NCBI GenBank assembly: GCA_027593235.1
Contig: JAQCIU010000023.1
Span: 1-50,791, forward strand
Direction: 5' to 3'
Length of the DNA: 50,791 bases
DNA from: Chloroflexota bacterium
Lineage (GTDB): Bacteria > Chloroflexota > Dehalococcoidia > UBA2979
The notes beneath the pieces were generated by a model. It was not told the origin of the DNA. It made no database searches and was given only the letters and a program-made list of their open reading frames with translations. This document shows positions 9,508-17,786 of the stretch, piece by piece. Both the position numbers and the translations under genes were made by a program. Every line of letters starts with the position of its first letter. The first letter of the stretch is position 1.

Positions 9508-10419
9508 ATGCAGATCGGAATCAGCGGGACCCGGCTCACGCGACATGCCTCGGTCGACCGGATCGCGGAGCACGCGGCGGAGGCGGCCGCGGACGGGTTC
9601 GCAAGCTACTGGATGGCGGAGCACCCCTCGGGCGGCTTCGACGCGCTGACGGTGCTGACGCTGGTCGGCACGCGGGTGCCGGGGATCGAACTGGGAAGCG
9701 CGATCATTCCGATCTTTCCGCGGCACCCGATGGTGCTGGCCGGTCAAGCGCTGACCGCACGGAGTGTGTTGGGCGACCGATTCACGCTGGGCATCGGGCT
9801 GTCGCACGCCTCGATGATGGCGGAGCTCGGGATCGGCTTTGAGCGGCCGATCGGGCGGCTACGCGACTATCTCTCGGTGTTGCTGCCGCTGCTGGCGGAT
9901 GGTCACGTGAACTATGCCGGCGCGGAGTACCAGACGGAGGCGACGGTGTTCGGCGCGCCGGAGGTGCCGGTGCCGGTGGTCGTGGCAGCGCTGGGGGCGC
10001 AGGCGTTACGGGTCGCCGGGGCGCGCACGCAGGGCACGATCCTGTCGTGGGTTGGGCCTCGAACGATTCGCGAGCACATCGCGCCGCGGCTCCGGGAGGC
10101 GGCAAGCGCGGCCGGACGGCCCGCGCCGCGGATCGTTGCCGGGCTACCGGTGTGCGTGACGGACGACGCGGAGACGATCCGGGCGGCGATCAGCCAGACC
10201 TCGGCGATGTACGGCGACCTGCCCTCGTACCGCGCGATGTTCGACCGTGAGGGCGTGACCGAGCCGGGCGAGGTCGCGCTGGTGGGAACAGAGGCCGAGG
10301 TCAGCGCGATGATCGCTGGAATGGCGGAGGCAGGGGTGACTGACTTCATCGCCTCAGAATTCACGCCAACGGCGCCGGATCGCGAGCGAACACGGGCACT
10401 GTTGCGGTCGCTGCTGTAG
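9508..10419 (+). CDS. F420-dependent LLM class oxidoreductase (TIGR03564-like)
   Basis: IFPRHPMVLAGQALT, LGIGLSH, YGDLPSYRAM. Confidence 0.85.
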   Translation: MQIGISGTRLTRHASVDRIAEHAAEAAADGFASYWMAEHPSGGFDALTVLTLVGTRVPGIELGSAIIPIFPRHPMVLAGQALTARSVLGDRFTLGIGLSHASMMAELGIGFERPIGRLRDYLSVLLPLLADGHVNYAGAEYQTEATVFGAPEVPVPVVVAALGAQALRVAGARTQGTILSWVGPRTIREHIAPRLREAASAAGRPAPRIVAGLPVCVTDDAETIRAAISQTSAMYGDLPSYRAMFDREGVTEPGEVALVGTEAEVSAMIAGMAEAGVTDFIASEFTPTAPDRERTRALLRSLL

Positions 10420-10553
10420 CGATCGAGGGCTCGTGAACATCCGCGGTATCGGGAACGCGGCGCCGGGCAGTTTCGTCTGACCAATGGTCATGGTGCGCCG
10501 GCTCGCGATCCCTCACTCTGGATGGGACGCGACGCCGAGTCGCGCCGAACGGA

Positions 10554-11774
10554 GTGATCGTGTCGTTCCGTGAGGAACTCGAACGCAAGTCGGTTGAGTG
10601 GGTGCAGGGCGGCGTGATCAGCGCCGGTCAGCGCGAGCGGATCCTGGCCGGCGAACCGCCGGCGCCGGGAGCCGCGCCCCGCCTCGTGGGGATCTTCTCG
10701 CTGCTCGGAGCGACGCTGGTCGTGCTCGGGGTGATCCTCGTGGTCTCGCAGAACTGGAGCGAGATCCCACGGATGACGAAGCTGGCCGCTGGAATCGCGC
10801 TGATGACAGGCGCGTACGCCGGCGGCTACTGGCTGCGGTTCGGCCCGCTCTCGATGACGCGAACCGGCGAGGGCGTGCTGCTCATCGGCACCGGCACGCT
10901 GCTGGCGAACCTGGCGCTGATCAGCCAGCAGTACAACATCGACTTCAACCCATCGCCGCTGCTGCTGCCAGTACTGCTGGCCGCAGTTGCATCCGCCTAC
11001 CTGCTGCGATCACGGGCGTTCATCTTCGCCGCCGCGGCCGTGGCGATTTTTTGGCTGATCTTCGAGATTCAGCGCGACGGTTCCGAGTTCCAGACGCAAG
11101 ATGCCGCAGCGTTGCTGGTGATCGCGGGTGGCGGGGTCTGGTTGATGGTGGCGGCGGAGGCAAACCGGCGCTTCGGATGGGACGAGTTCGCGGCGCCGTT
11201 GCGATTCGCGGGCGGGTTCACGATCTTCAGCGCCGTGTATGCGCTGGGGTTCTACCGGCACTACGAGGTGGACGAGCGGATCGCGGCGTTCCCGGCGATT
11301 GCACTGCTGGTCGTGCCACTCGTCCTCGCGGTCGCGGCGCTGGTCGCGGTCGCGCTCAAGCGCGAGAGCGCCCTCGGCTGGCCACGCGTTCCCGCGGAGG
11401 TCTGGCCGCCCGTGGTTGCAGCGATCGTGGTGCTGGTGGCGCTGGTCGCGTGGTCGTTCGCGGTGGGCGCGAACCCGCGGCCGAACGCGGAACGGACGTT
11501 CATCATCTACACGACGGGCTTCTGGGTGATCGCGCTGGCGCTGGCCGCGGATCTGGCGTGGCTGGGCCTCGCGCTGCGGCGTGAGTGGTGGATCAACGCG
11601 GCGCTGGTCTATGTCGGGCTGTTCGCGATCACCAGGTACTTCGATCTGTTCAACGACTTTGCGCAGACGGGGGCGGTGTTCGCCGGCGCCGGCCTGTTCC
11701 TGCTGGTGCTCGCGTTCGCCCTCGAGCGTGGGCGGCGCGCGCTGCGTCACGAGATGACGGGGAGCGCCGGATGA
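10554..11774 (+). CDS. DUF2157 domain membrane protein
   Basis: W...G.I...Q..RI N-terminus, 'ILVVSQNWSEIP..K', 'LISQQYNI'; polytopic; start could be GTG 10560. Confidence 0.8.
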   Translation: MIVSFREELERKSVEWVQGGVISAGQRERILAGEPPAPGAAPRLVGIFSLLGATLVVLGVILVVSQNWSEIPRMTKLAAGIALMTGAYAGGYWLRFGPLSMTRTGEGVLLIGTGTLLANLALISQQYNIDFNPSPLLLPVLLAAVASAYLLRSRAFIFAAAAVAIFWLIFEIQRDGSEFQTQDAAALLVIAGGGVWLMVAAEANRRFGWDEFAAPLRFAGGFTIFSAVYALGFYRHYEVDERIAAFPAIALLVVPLVLAVAALVAVALKRESALGWPRVPAEVWPPVVAAIVVLVALVAWSFAVGANPRPNAERTFIIYTTGFWVIALALAADLAWLGLALRREWWINAALVYVGLFAITRYFDLFNDFAQTGAVFAGAGLFLLVLAFALERGRRALRHEMTGSAG

Positions 11775-12370
11775 GCGCCCTCGGGGGTCGCGGGCGGCTG
11801 TTGTTGTTTGCGCTGCTGGTGCTCGCGCAGGTGGCGTTCGTGGTGGGGATCGTGGTGCGCGAGGAGGGGCGACTCGACGGCCTCGAGATCGTGCTGGAGT
11901 CGCGGCCGGTCGATCCGCGTGATCCATTGCGGGGCGACTACGTGATCCTCAGCTACGTCGCGGACGACGTGTCGACCATCCCGGCCTTCAACGCGAGCGT
12001 GGGCGACGTGGTCTACGTGGAATTCGTGCAGGCGGGGCGTTACTGGGTGCCGTCCGCGGTGAACCGCAACCTGCTGCCCCGCGACCAATGGGGCGACGGC
12101 TACGCGTTCCTGCTCGCGCGCGTCGAATCGACCAATCCGTTGCGGGTCAGCTACCCGGATCTGGGCGTCTACTTCATCCCACAGGGCGCCGGCGAGCCGC
12201 CCACCCCACCGGACGTGATTCTGTCGATTTCCAATGACGGGGTCGCGCGGATCAAGCGGCTTGAGGTCGACGGCGCCGCGTGGCCGGCCAACCCGGTGTC
12301 GCAGGACCAAGACGTACCACCCGAGCCGAGGCCGGCGGGCGCGACAACGGAACCGAGCAGGGCCAACTAG
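11771..12370 (+). CDS. GDYXXLXY domain protein
   Basis: PVDPRDPLRGDYVILSY motif; ATGA overlap with DUF2157 gene. Confidence 0.88.
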   Translation: MSALGGRGRLLLFALLVLAQVAFVVGIVVREEGRLDGLEIVLESRPVDPRDPLRGDYVILSYVADDVSTIPAFNASVGDVVYVEFVQAGRYWVPSAVNRNLLPRDQWGDGYAFLLARVESTNPLRVSYPDLGVYFIPQGAGEPPTPPDVILSISNDGVARIKRLEVDGAAWPANPVSQDQDVPPEPRPAGATTEPSRAN

Positions 12371-12376
12371 CCGCAA

Positions 12377-12745
12377 TTAACGGTCGGGACTGAACAGGCT
12401 GCGCGCACCGCGCACCTCCGCGCCGAGCGCGGTGACCCGTCCTCGCAACTCCGCGTCGGAGGTGACCACGAGGATGGTCGCCGGCGCCTCGTGGGCGGCG
12501 ACCAGTTCCACGATGCGATCGTCGGCGGCGTTGCGCCCGCTACGTTCCGCAAACGCCACCTCGATCCGGTGGGCGGCGAGGCCCGCGATCGGGTAGCCAT
12601 CGAAGACGACGAGGATGGCGTCGGTTCGTTCGAGGGATTCGAGCTCGACGACGAGGTCGCGCATCGCCTGATCGCGATCGCGCCACCAGCGCGTGTGGGG
12701 GCGCGAGCCGATCACGTTCATGCCGTCGACGATGGTGAGGGTCAC
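12377..12745 (-). CDS. NYN/YacP-like PIN-domain protein
   Basis: IVDGMNVIG, VVFDG, ADDRI, VVTSD; leaderless TATGGT-N6-GTG. Confidence 0.85.
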   Translation of the reverse strand: MTLTIVDGMNVIGSRPHTRWWRDRDQAMRDLVVELESLERTDAILVVFDGYPIAGLAAHRIEVAFAERSGRNAADDRIVELVAAHEAPATILVVTSDAELRGRVTALGAEVRGARSLFSPDR

Positions 12746-12863
12746 CGACTCACCATACCGAGGGCGGAGGCAGCCTCAGGCCGCGGCAGCGAGTGACGCA
12801 CACAAAACGAGACGGGCCTCACGGCCCGCCTCGGGATCTTCGAACAGCCGGGGGCGAGGCGCG

Positions 12864-13550
12864 TCAGCGCACGGCATCCAGGTCGGTTGCGCCGCCGGTA
12901 GTGCCGAAGGCACGGACGATCCGTTGCAGGACGGTCCAGACGCCGTCGGCGTCCACATCGTCGTTGGTCTGGAGCTGGAGCAGTCGGAGGCCGGACACGA
13001 CGGAGAGCAACAATTCGCCAAAGGCACGGGCATCGATCGTTAATTCCAACTCGCCGGCGCGCTGGGCGGAACGCACGAGTTCCACGAGGGAGTCGCGCAA
13101 CTGACCGGCGTGTCGCTCGACCACGGGGCCTAACTCCGAGTTGCGTGCCCCGACAAGCGCGGACTCCAGGATCAGCATGGTCGACTGCAACGCGAGTGGT
13201 TCGGCAAACGATGCAAACGTCTCGTCGCCGATCTCGAAGAGCACGCCCAATGGCGAGACGTTCTCGTGGTTCGCGGCGGCGAAATTGATGCTATTGATCT
13301 CTTCCGAGTCCTCGCAGACGGAGACGATCAACGCCTCTTTGCTGGGAAAGTAGCGGTAGATGTTCCCGGCGCTCACGCCAGCGGCGCGAGCGACATCCTG
13401 CATGGAGGCGCCGTCGCAGCCGTGATCCGCGAACACGACGCGAGCAGCCTCGAGGATCTCGGCGCGCCGAGCCTCGAGGAACTGCTCACGCAGCGTGGAC
13501 GATGCCTTCGTACCGCCCGAGGCGGTGGTGGCAGTTGCGTCGGCCGACAT
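12864..13550 (-). CDS. TetR/AcrR family transcriptional regulator
   Basis: ILEAARVVF...SMQDVARAAGVSAGNIYRYFPSKEAL. Confidence 0.92.
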   Translation of the reverse strand: MSADATATTASGGTKASSTLREQFLEARRAEILEAARVVFADHGCDGASMQDVARAAGVSAGNIYRYFPSKEALIVSVCEDSEEINSINFAAANHENVSPLGVLFEIGDETFASFAEPLALQSTMLILESALVGARNSELGPVVERHAGQLRDSLVELVRSAQRAGELELTIDARAFGELLLSVVSGLRLLQLQTNDDVDADGVWTVLQRIVRAFGTTGGATDLDAVR

Positions 13551-13558
13551 GGCCGGGC

Positions 13559-13708
13559 CTAGCGGTGACGCCGGACCCGGTTGTCACTCAACGGTCTCAT
13601 CACGCCGTACTGCGCATCCAGCATGCGAACGAAGTCATCGTTCGCTTCGCGGAACGATGGTCCGCCGTCGCGGTTCTGATCCAACAGTCGTCGGTAGTAG
13701 CTCATCAT
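13559..13708 (-). CDS. Unannotated 49-aa small protein (MMSYYRRLLDQNRDGGPSFREANDDFVRMLDAQYGVMRPLSDNRVRRHR)
   Basis: SD AGGAGA 7 nt before ATG; fills the gap between a consensus promoter and tetR; below ORF-track cutoff. Confidence 0.65.
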   Translation of the reverse strand: MMSYYRRLLDQNRDGGPSFREANDDFVRMLDAQYGVMRPLSDNRVRRHR

Positions 13709-13741
13709 CGGTCTGTCTCCTGAAGAGGATTGGCTAACGGG

Positions 13742-13809
13742 GAATGAATGGTCGTTCTCGAAAACGATCGTTCACCCATTGAGAATATACGTTCATTCTC
13801 GGTTGTCAA
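13742..13809 (-). promoter_or_regulatory. sigma70 promoter (TTGACA-16-TATTCT) with three 18-bp operator-like repeats
   Basis: GAATGAATGGTCGTTCTC 13742-59, GAAAACGATCGTTCACCC 13760-77, GAGAATATACGTTCATTC 13781-98. Confidence 0.65.
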
Positions 13810-13942
13810 TCCCTTCACCAACAGTTTTCGGTCCAAGGGTGTTCCGGATCTCCGGATTAACCCGAACACGTCCGACGATGAATGAGGACGGCGGGCACGT
13901 GTGCCCCCTTCGGTAGCTGCACCGGACGAGACCAGAGGACGT

Positions 13943-15241
13943 ATGGACGAGACCGTCACGCTTCAGACCCTGCTCATCGCGGTGGCGCCGTTCGCGGTGC
14001 TGCTGCTCATCACCCTCTTCGCTACTGTGCTGGGAGGCGGGTTCGAGGCGGCCGGCCGCCGTTTGCGGGGACACCCATCGCGGATGGTCGAGCTGGAACG
14101 ACGTGTTGCGACGCTGGAAACGGCGCTGAAGCGTGCACGCGCATCCGAGCTGCCGCTGGAGATCGAGGCGGAGCGACTGGCCGAGGAGATCCACCAGATG
14201 GGGTCTCGACAGCGTGACCCGCGCGCGGGCGCGCGGACGCCGGCGCCCTCGGTGAAGCAGAAGCCCGGTGCGGCCTTGACCGCGCCGTCGGCAGCGACGG
14301 GTGGTGGCGCGAAGGCTGTGGTGAGCGGCGCTGATGAGGTGAACCAGGCGAACCAGGCGGCATCGGCCGATTCGACCACCCCATCCGCGGCGGAGAACGG
14401 CGCACCAGCGGCCGCGACGGCGGAGACGGCGGCCCTCGAGAGCCTCGACCTCACGCTGGAGTTCCCGCCGGATCCGAACGAGAGCGAAGACGACCGACTG
14501 GCACGTGAGCAGCTCGAGACGGAAGAGCGCGAGCGGATCGTGGCGTTGGCCGCCGAGGAGGCGCGCATTCGCCACGAGCGCGAGGAGGCGGAGGAGCGCA
14601 CGCGCGCGCGCGTGGAGGCGGAAGCGACGCGACGCCGCGCGGAGCAGGAGGAGCGCGACCGCGCGGAGCGCGAGCGCCGCGAGGAAGCAGAACGGATTGA
14701 GCGCGAGCGCCTGGAGGTGGAGGCGACGCGCCGTCGCGACGAGGAGCAGCGCCGGAAGGCGGAGGAGTTCCGCCGCCGTGTCGCCGACGCGACGCCCAAG
14801 ATCGTGATGAGCGCCGGTGGATCGAACCGCGAAGCGGTGACGATCAACATCGCGGTGACCAACAACCTGACGCCGAAGCACGCGGAACTCGCCTTGCTCA
14901 GCCCGACCTGGGAGCGGGTGGCCTCACCAGCCGCCTTCACATCACAACGCAAGGACGGGCTCTACGAGGAGCGGTGGCCGAAGCAGATCCGCAGTGGCCC
15001 GGCCCCGGCATGGGGCAGTTACGAGGACACGAGCGGCCGCGTCTTCGAGTGCCCTGAAGACGCACCGACGGATACGCACGTCTGGATCGTGATCTCCTAC
15101 GACCGCACGGCCGGTGGCGCTGCCTCGACGTGGCAGCGGTTCGAGGTGGGCGGCGCGGGCGCGCTCTGGTACGTCCGCCAGCCGATCGGCGATCCGGTGA
15201 TCGTGGAGGCGGAGCGGAGCGAGAGCGAAGCAGCGGCGTAA
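13943..15241 (+). CDS. Hypothetical membrane-anchored coiled-coil protein
   Basis: N-terminal TM, long E/R-rich helix, globular C-terminus; SD GAGGA before ATG 13943. Confidence 0.7.
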   Translation: MDETVTLQTLLIAVAPFAVLLLITLFATVLGGGFEAAGRRLRGHPSRMVELERRVATLETALKRARASELPLEIEAERLAEEIHQMGSRQRDPRAGARTPAPSVKQKPGAALTAPSAATGGGAKAVVSGADEVNQANQAASADSTTPSAAENGAPAAATAETAALESLDLTLEFPPDPNESEDDRLAREQLETEERERIVALAAEEARIRHEREEAEERTRARVEAEATRRRAEQEERDRAERERREEAERIERERLEVEATRRRDEEQRRKAEEFRRRVADATPKIVMSAGGSNREAVTINIAVTNNLTPKHAELALLSPTWERVASPAAFTSQRKDGLYEERWPKQIRSGPAPAWGSYEDTSGRVFECPEDAPTDTHVWIVISYDRTAGGAASTWQRFEVGGAGALWYVRQPIGDPVIVEAERSESEAAA

Positions 15242-15315
15242 CGCCGCTGCGGCGCGCGCCGCGGGCTCACGCTGCGGCACGTAGCGCCGGGAGCGGGGCT
15301 CGGCAACCGCGGGCG

Positions 15316-15891
15316 CTAGCCGGCGGAGGCGCGGATCCCGCGCTCGAGCGCGACGATCATCCAGTCAAAGCTGTCAGCGACACCCTGCGGCATCCCGAAG
15401 TGGCCGGCGCCTTCGAGCGCGATGAACCCGGAAACGGCGCTGCGCAACGCGCGCACCGCGTGGACGGCGGCGTCTTCCCGCACACCGAGGGCTGCGACCA
15501 CCGCGAGTAGCTGCGCGAGCACGACTTCCGCCGCAGCCCGAATTTCCGGGTCGACGTCCGACGTGTGCGCCGAGGGCTGCACCGTCGCGTAGAGACCGGG
15601 GTGCGCCCGGGCGAACCGGCGATGCGCGGTCGCGAGCGCGCGGATCCGCTGATCGGGGGGGAGGCCCTCGATCGCGGCGGCCTGCTCGGCGGCGATGAGC
15701 CGGAAGGCGCGCAAGCGGAGGCCCGCGTGCACGTCCTGCAGGCTCGCGACGTGGTTGTAGAGCGACGGGGGCTGAACGCCGACAGCCGCGGCGATCGCAC
15801 GCAGGGTGAGCTGGCCCGCGCCGGCGGCGTCCACCAGCAGGGCGGCGGCATCAAGGACCGCATCGCGGTCCAGCCCGGCACGCGGGGTCAT
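15316..15891 (-). CDS. TetR family regulator with WHG-type C-terminal domain
   Basis: MTPRAGLDRDAV, GVQPPSLYNHV, HPGLY, GFIALE. Confidence 0.88.
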   Translation of the reverse strand: MTPRAGLDRDAVLDAAALLVDAAGAGQLTLRAIAAAVGVQPPSLYNHVASLQDVHAGLRLRAFRLIAAEQAAAIEGLPPDQRIRALATAHRRFARAHPGLYATVQPSAHTSDVDPEIRAAAEVVLAQLLAVVAALGVREDAAVHAVRALRSAVSGFIALEGAGHFGMPQGVADSFDWMIVALERGIRASAG

Positions 15892-16307
15892 GCCGACCCT
15901 GATCCGGCCGCGACCGGCGCTCCGTCTCCCGTTGACGCGGGACCGGGCTGGGCGACGCGCTGGAGATGGGTGGATTTCCTCGCCAGCGAGTACTTCAGGC
16001 CGTAGCCGGCAAACCGATCGACGCCGATGTGCGCGCACCAGATCAGCGCGAGGCCGAGCGCCAGCGCTTCGCCGGTGGCGAGCGCCCCGACGCCGAGCCC
16101 GACGGGACCGACGTAGCTGTGCGCGAGGTTGTACGCCCTCGTGGCCGCGTGCTCGCCGAGGGCGATCGCGACGAACGCGAGATCCGGCGCGAGGAAGAGG
16201 GCGGCAAGCCAGATCCAGCTCAGCTCCGTTTCGGAGAAGAAGAGCCAGATCGCGGCGAGGCCGATCGCCAGGCCCTCGAGGTGGAGCAGTCGTTGCACGA
16301 GTCTCAT
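15888..16307 (-). CDS. DUF4260 family membrane protein
   Basis: LHLEGL, LFLAPDL, YNLAHSY, AHIGVDRFAGYGLKY, THL. Confidence 0.85.
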   Translation of the reverse strand: MRLVQRLLHLEGLAIGLAAIWLFFSETELSWIWLAALFLAPDLAFVAIALGEHAATRAYNLAHSYVGPVGLGVGALATGEALALGLALIWCAHIGVDRFAGYGLKYSLARKSTHLQRVAQPGPASTGDGAPVAAGSGSA

Positions 16308-16348
16308 CGATTCCCCTCAGCGCCGTCGCGACTTGTCGTCACACCTCC

Positions 16349-16367
16349 AAACTAACGACATTAGTTT
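16349..16367. promoter_or_regulatory. Palindromic operator, probably for the WHG-TetR
   Basis: AAACTAACGACATTAGTTT inverted repeat upstream of the DUF4260-tetR operon. Confidence 0.6.
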
Positions 16368-16463
16368 ACATTCGCAACACGATACCCGCAGCGGCCTTTC
16401 GAGGTGAGTCACCGCACCGATGATCGTCAGGTAGATGTGAGTTAGTCCGACGGAGGACACCCG

Positions 16464-17786
16464 GTGCCAACCAAGACCGCTTCCGTCGTGACGGCCATCC
16501 TCGCACTGGCGTCGGCACTGCTGACGGCCTGCGGCGGCTCTTCCGCCGACGCCACCGCTACACCCGATGCCAGTTCCTCGGTGGCGTACGCCACGGCGCT
16601 TGCGGCGCTGACGACGGACGACCTTGGCGCGCTGGTGTTGCAGCAGCGTGACTACAGCCTGTTGGCACTGGGGATGGATATCTCGACCGAGTCAGGGCCG
16701 ACGGACAACGCGAAGGCGGCGCATGACTTCGAGACGCTGATCGTGAGCGAGAGCCAACTCGATCGGCTGGGTCGCCTCGGCGGCTACAAGCTCGCCTTTG
16801 AGTCGCCCCGTTATGACGAAGGGATCGTCGGTCAGCTGGCGAGCTGGATCGACCTCTTCGACGACGGTGGTGACCCGGACGGCTACATCGATCTGGCGAT
16901 CGAGGACGTTCGCGCGACGGATGGTGTGGGCGGCGTGGCGATCGAGGAACTGATCGAGATCGACGTTCCCGGGATCGAGGGTGCGCGGGCGTGGCGGGGG
17001 GTGATCCGCTATCCCGGCGTGGCATCGCCATTCGGCTGGACGGTCGGGGTGATCCAGCGGGGGCGGCTGACCGCGGGTGTCGAGGTCGCGGAGCTAGGTA
17101 CGACGGATCGGTCGCCCGAGCTGATCGCCCTGCTCGAGCAATACGACAAGCGGCTACAGGGCGCGCTGGACGGGACAATCGAGGTCTCGGTGGAGCACGT
17201 GCTCCCGGCGACAGACGAGGATCGCAAGGTCCCGGCACCGCTTGGCGGACCAGACTTCGCGGCGATGGCGCTGACAGCCGACGACCTGGGTCCTGGCTGG
17301 CGGATCGACGACGACGGCTACTACGCGGATCCGAGCCGGCTCGCCGTCTTCACCCGCACGTTCAAGTACACCGAGCAAGGGACCGCCGACATCGGCGGTG
17401 TGGTGGTGACAAGCGCCGAATCGCAGCTTGAACTGTGGGACTCGCCGGAGGCCGCCGCGAGCTTCATCGCCGACCGACGGCTGTTGTTCGAGGGGGAGGC
17501 CGGCGCGCTCCGGTTCGCCGGGCTGGTCGCGGAAGACGACGGTCCGGAAATCGAGAACACGACGACGGAGTTGTTCGATCTCGCGCTGGGCGATCAGGCG
17601 CTGGTGCTGGTGATCTCCGGCGATTGGCCGGTGGTCGGGCAGCAGGGCGTCGTCCTGATCTGGGTGCGGAGTGGCGCGAGTATCTCCACGATCACGATCG
17701 AGGTCGGGGCCGAAGCGCCCTCGATCGAAGCACTCGAGGGGCTGGCGACGATTGCCGCGGGGCACCTCGAAGCGACGGCGAGCTAG
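16464..17786 (+). CDS. Lipoprotein with two tandem PknH-like extracellular repeats
   Basis: LTAC lipobox; two internally similar ~190-aa units; SD GGAGG. Confidence 0.7.
   Translation: MPTKTASVVTAILALASALLTACGGSSADATATPDASSSVAYATALAALTTDDLGALVLQQRDYSLLALGMDISTESGPTDNAKAAHDFETLIVSESQLDRLGRLGGYKLAFESPRYDEGIVGQLASWIDLFDDGGDPDGYIDLAIEDVRATDGVGGVAIEELIEIDVPGIEGARAWRGVIRYPGVASPFGWTVGVIQRGRLTAGVEVAELGTTDRSPELIALLEQYDKRLQGALDGTIEVSVEHVLPATDEDRKVPAPLGGPDFAAMALTADDLGPGWRIDDDGYYADPSRLAVFTRTFKYTEQGTADIGGVVVTSAESQLELWDSPEAAASFIADRRLLFEGEAGALRFAGLVAEDDGPEIENTTTELFDLALGDQALVLVISGDWPVVGQQGVVLIWVRSGASISTITIEVGAEAPSIEALEGLATIAAGHLEATAS

Noticed and set aside
14500-14780. Possible tandem DNA repeat or array
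   Set aside because: Low-complexity E/R/A codons of a helical protein; no fixed repeat unit.
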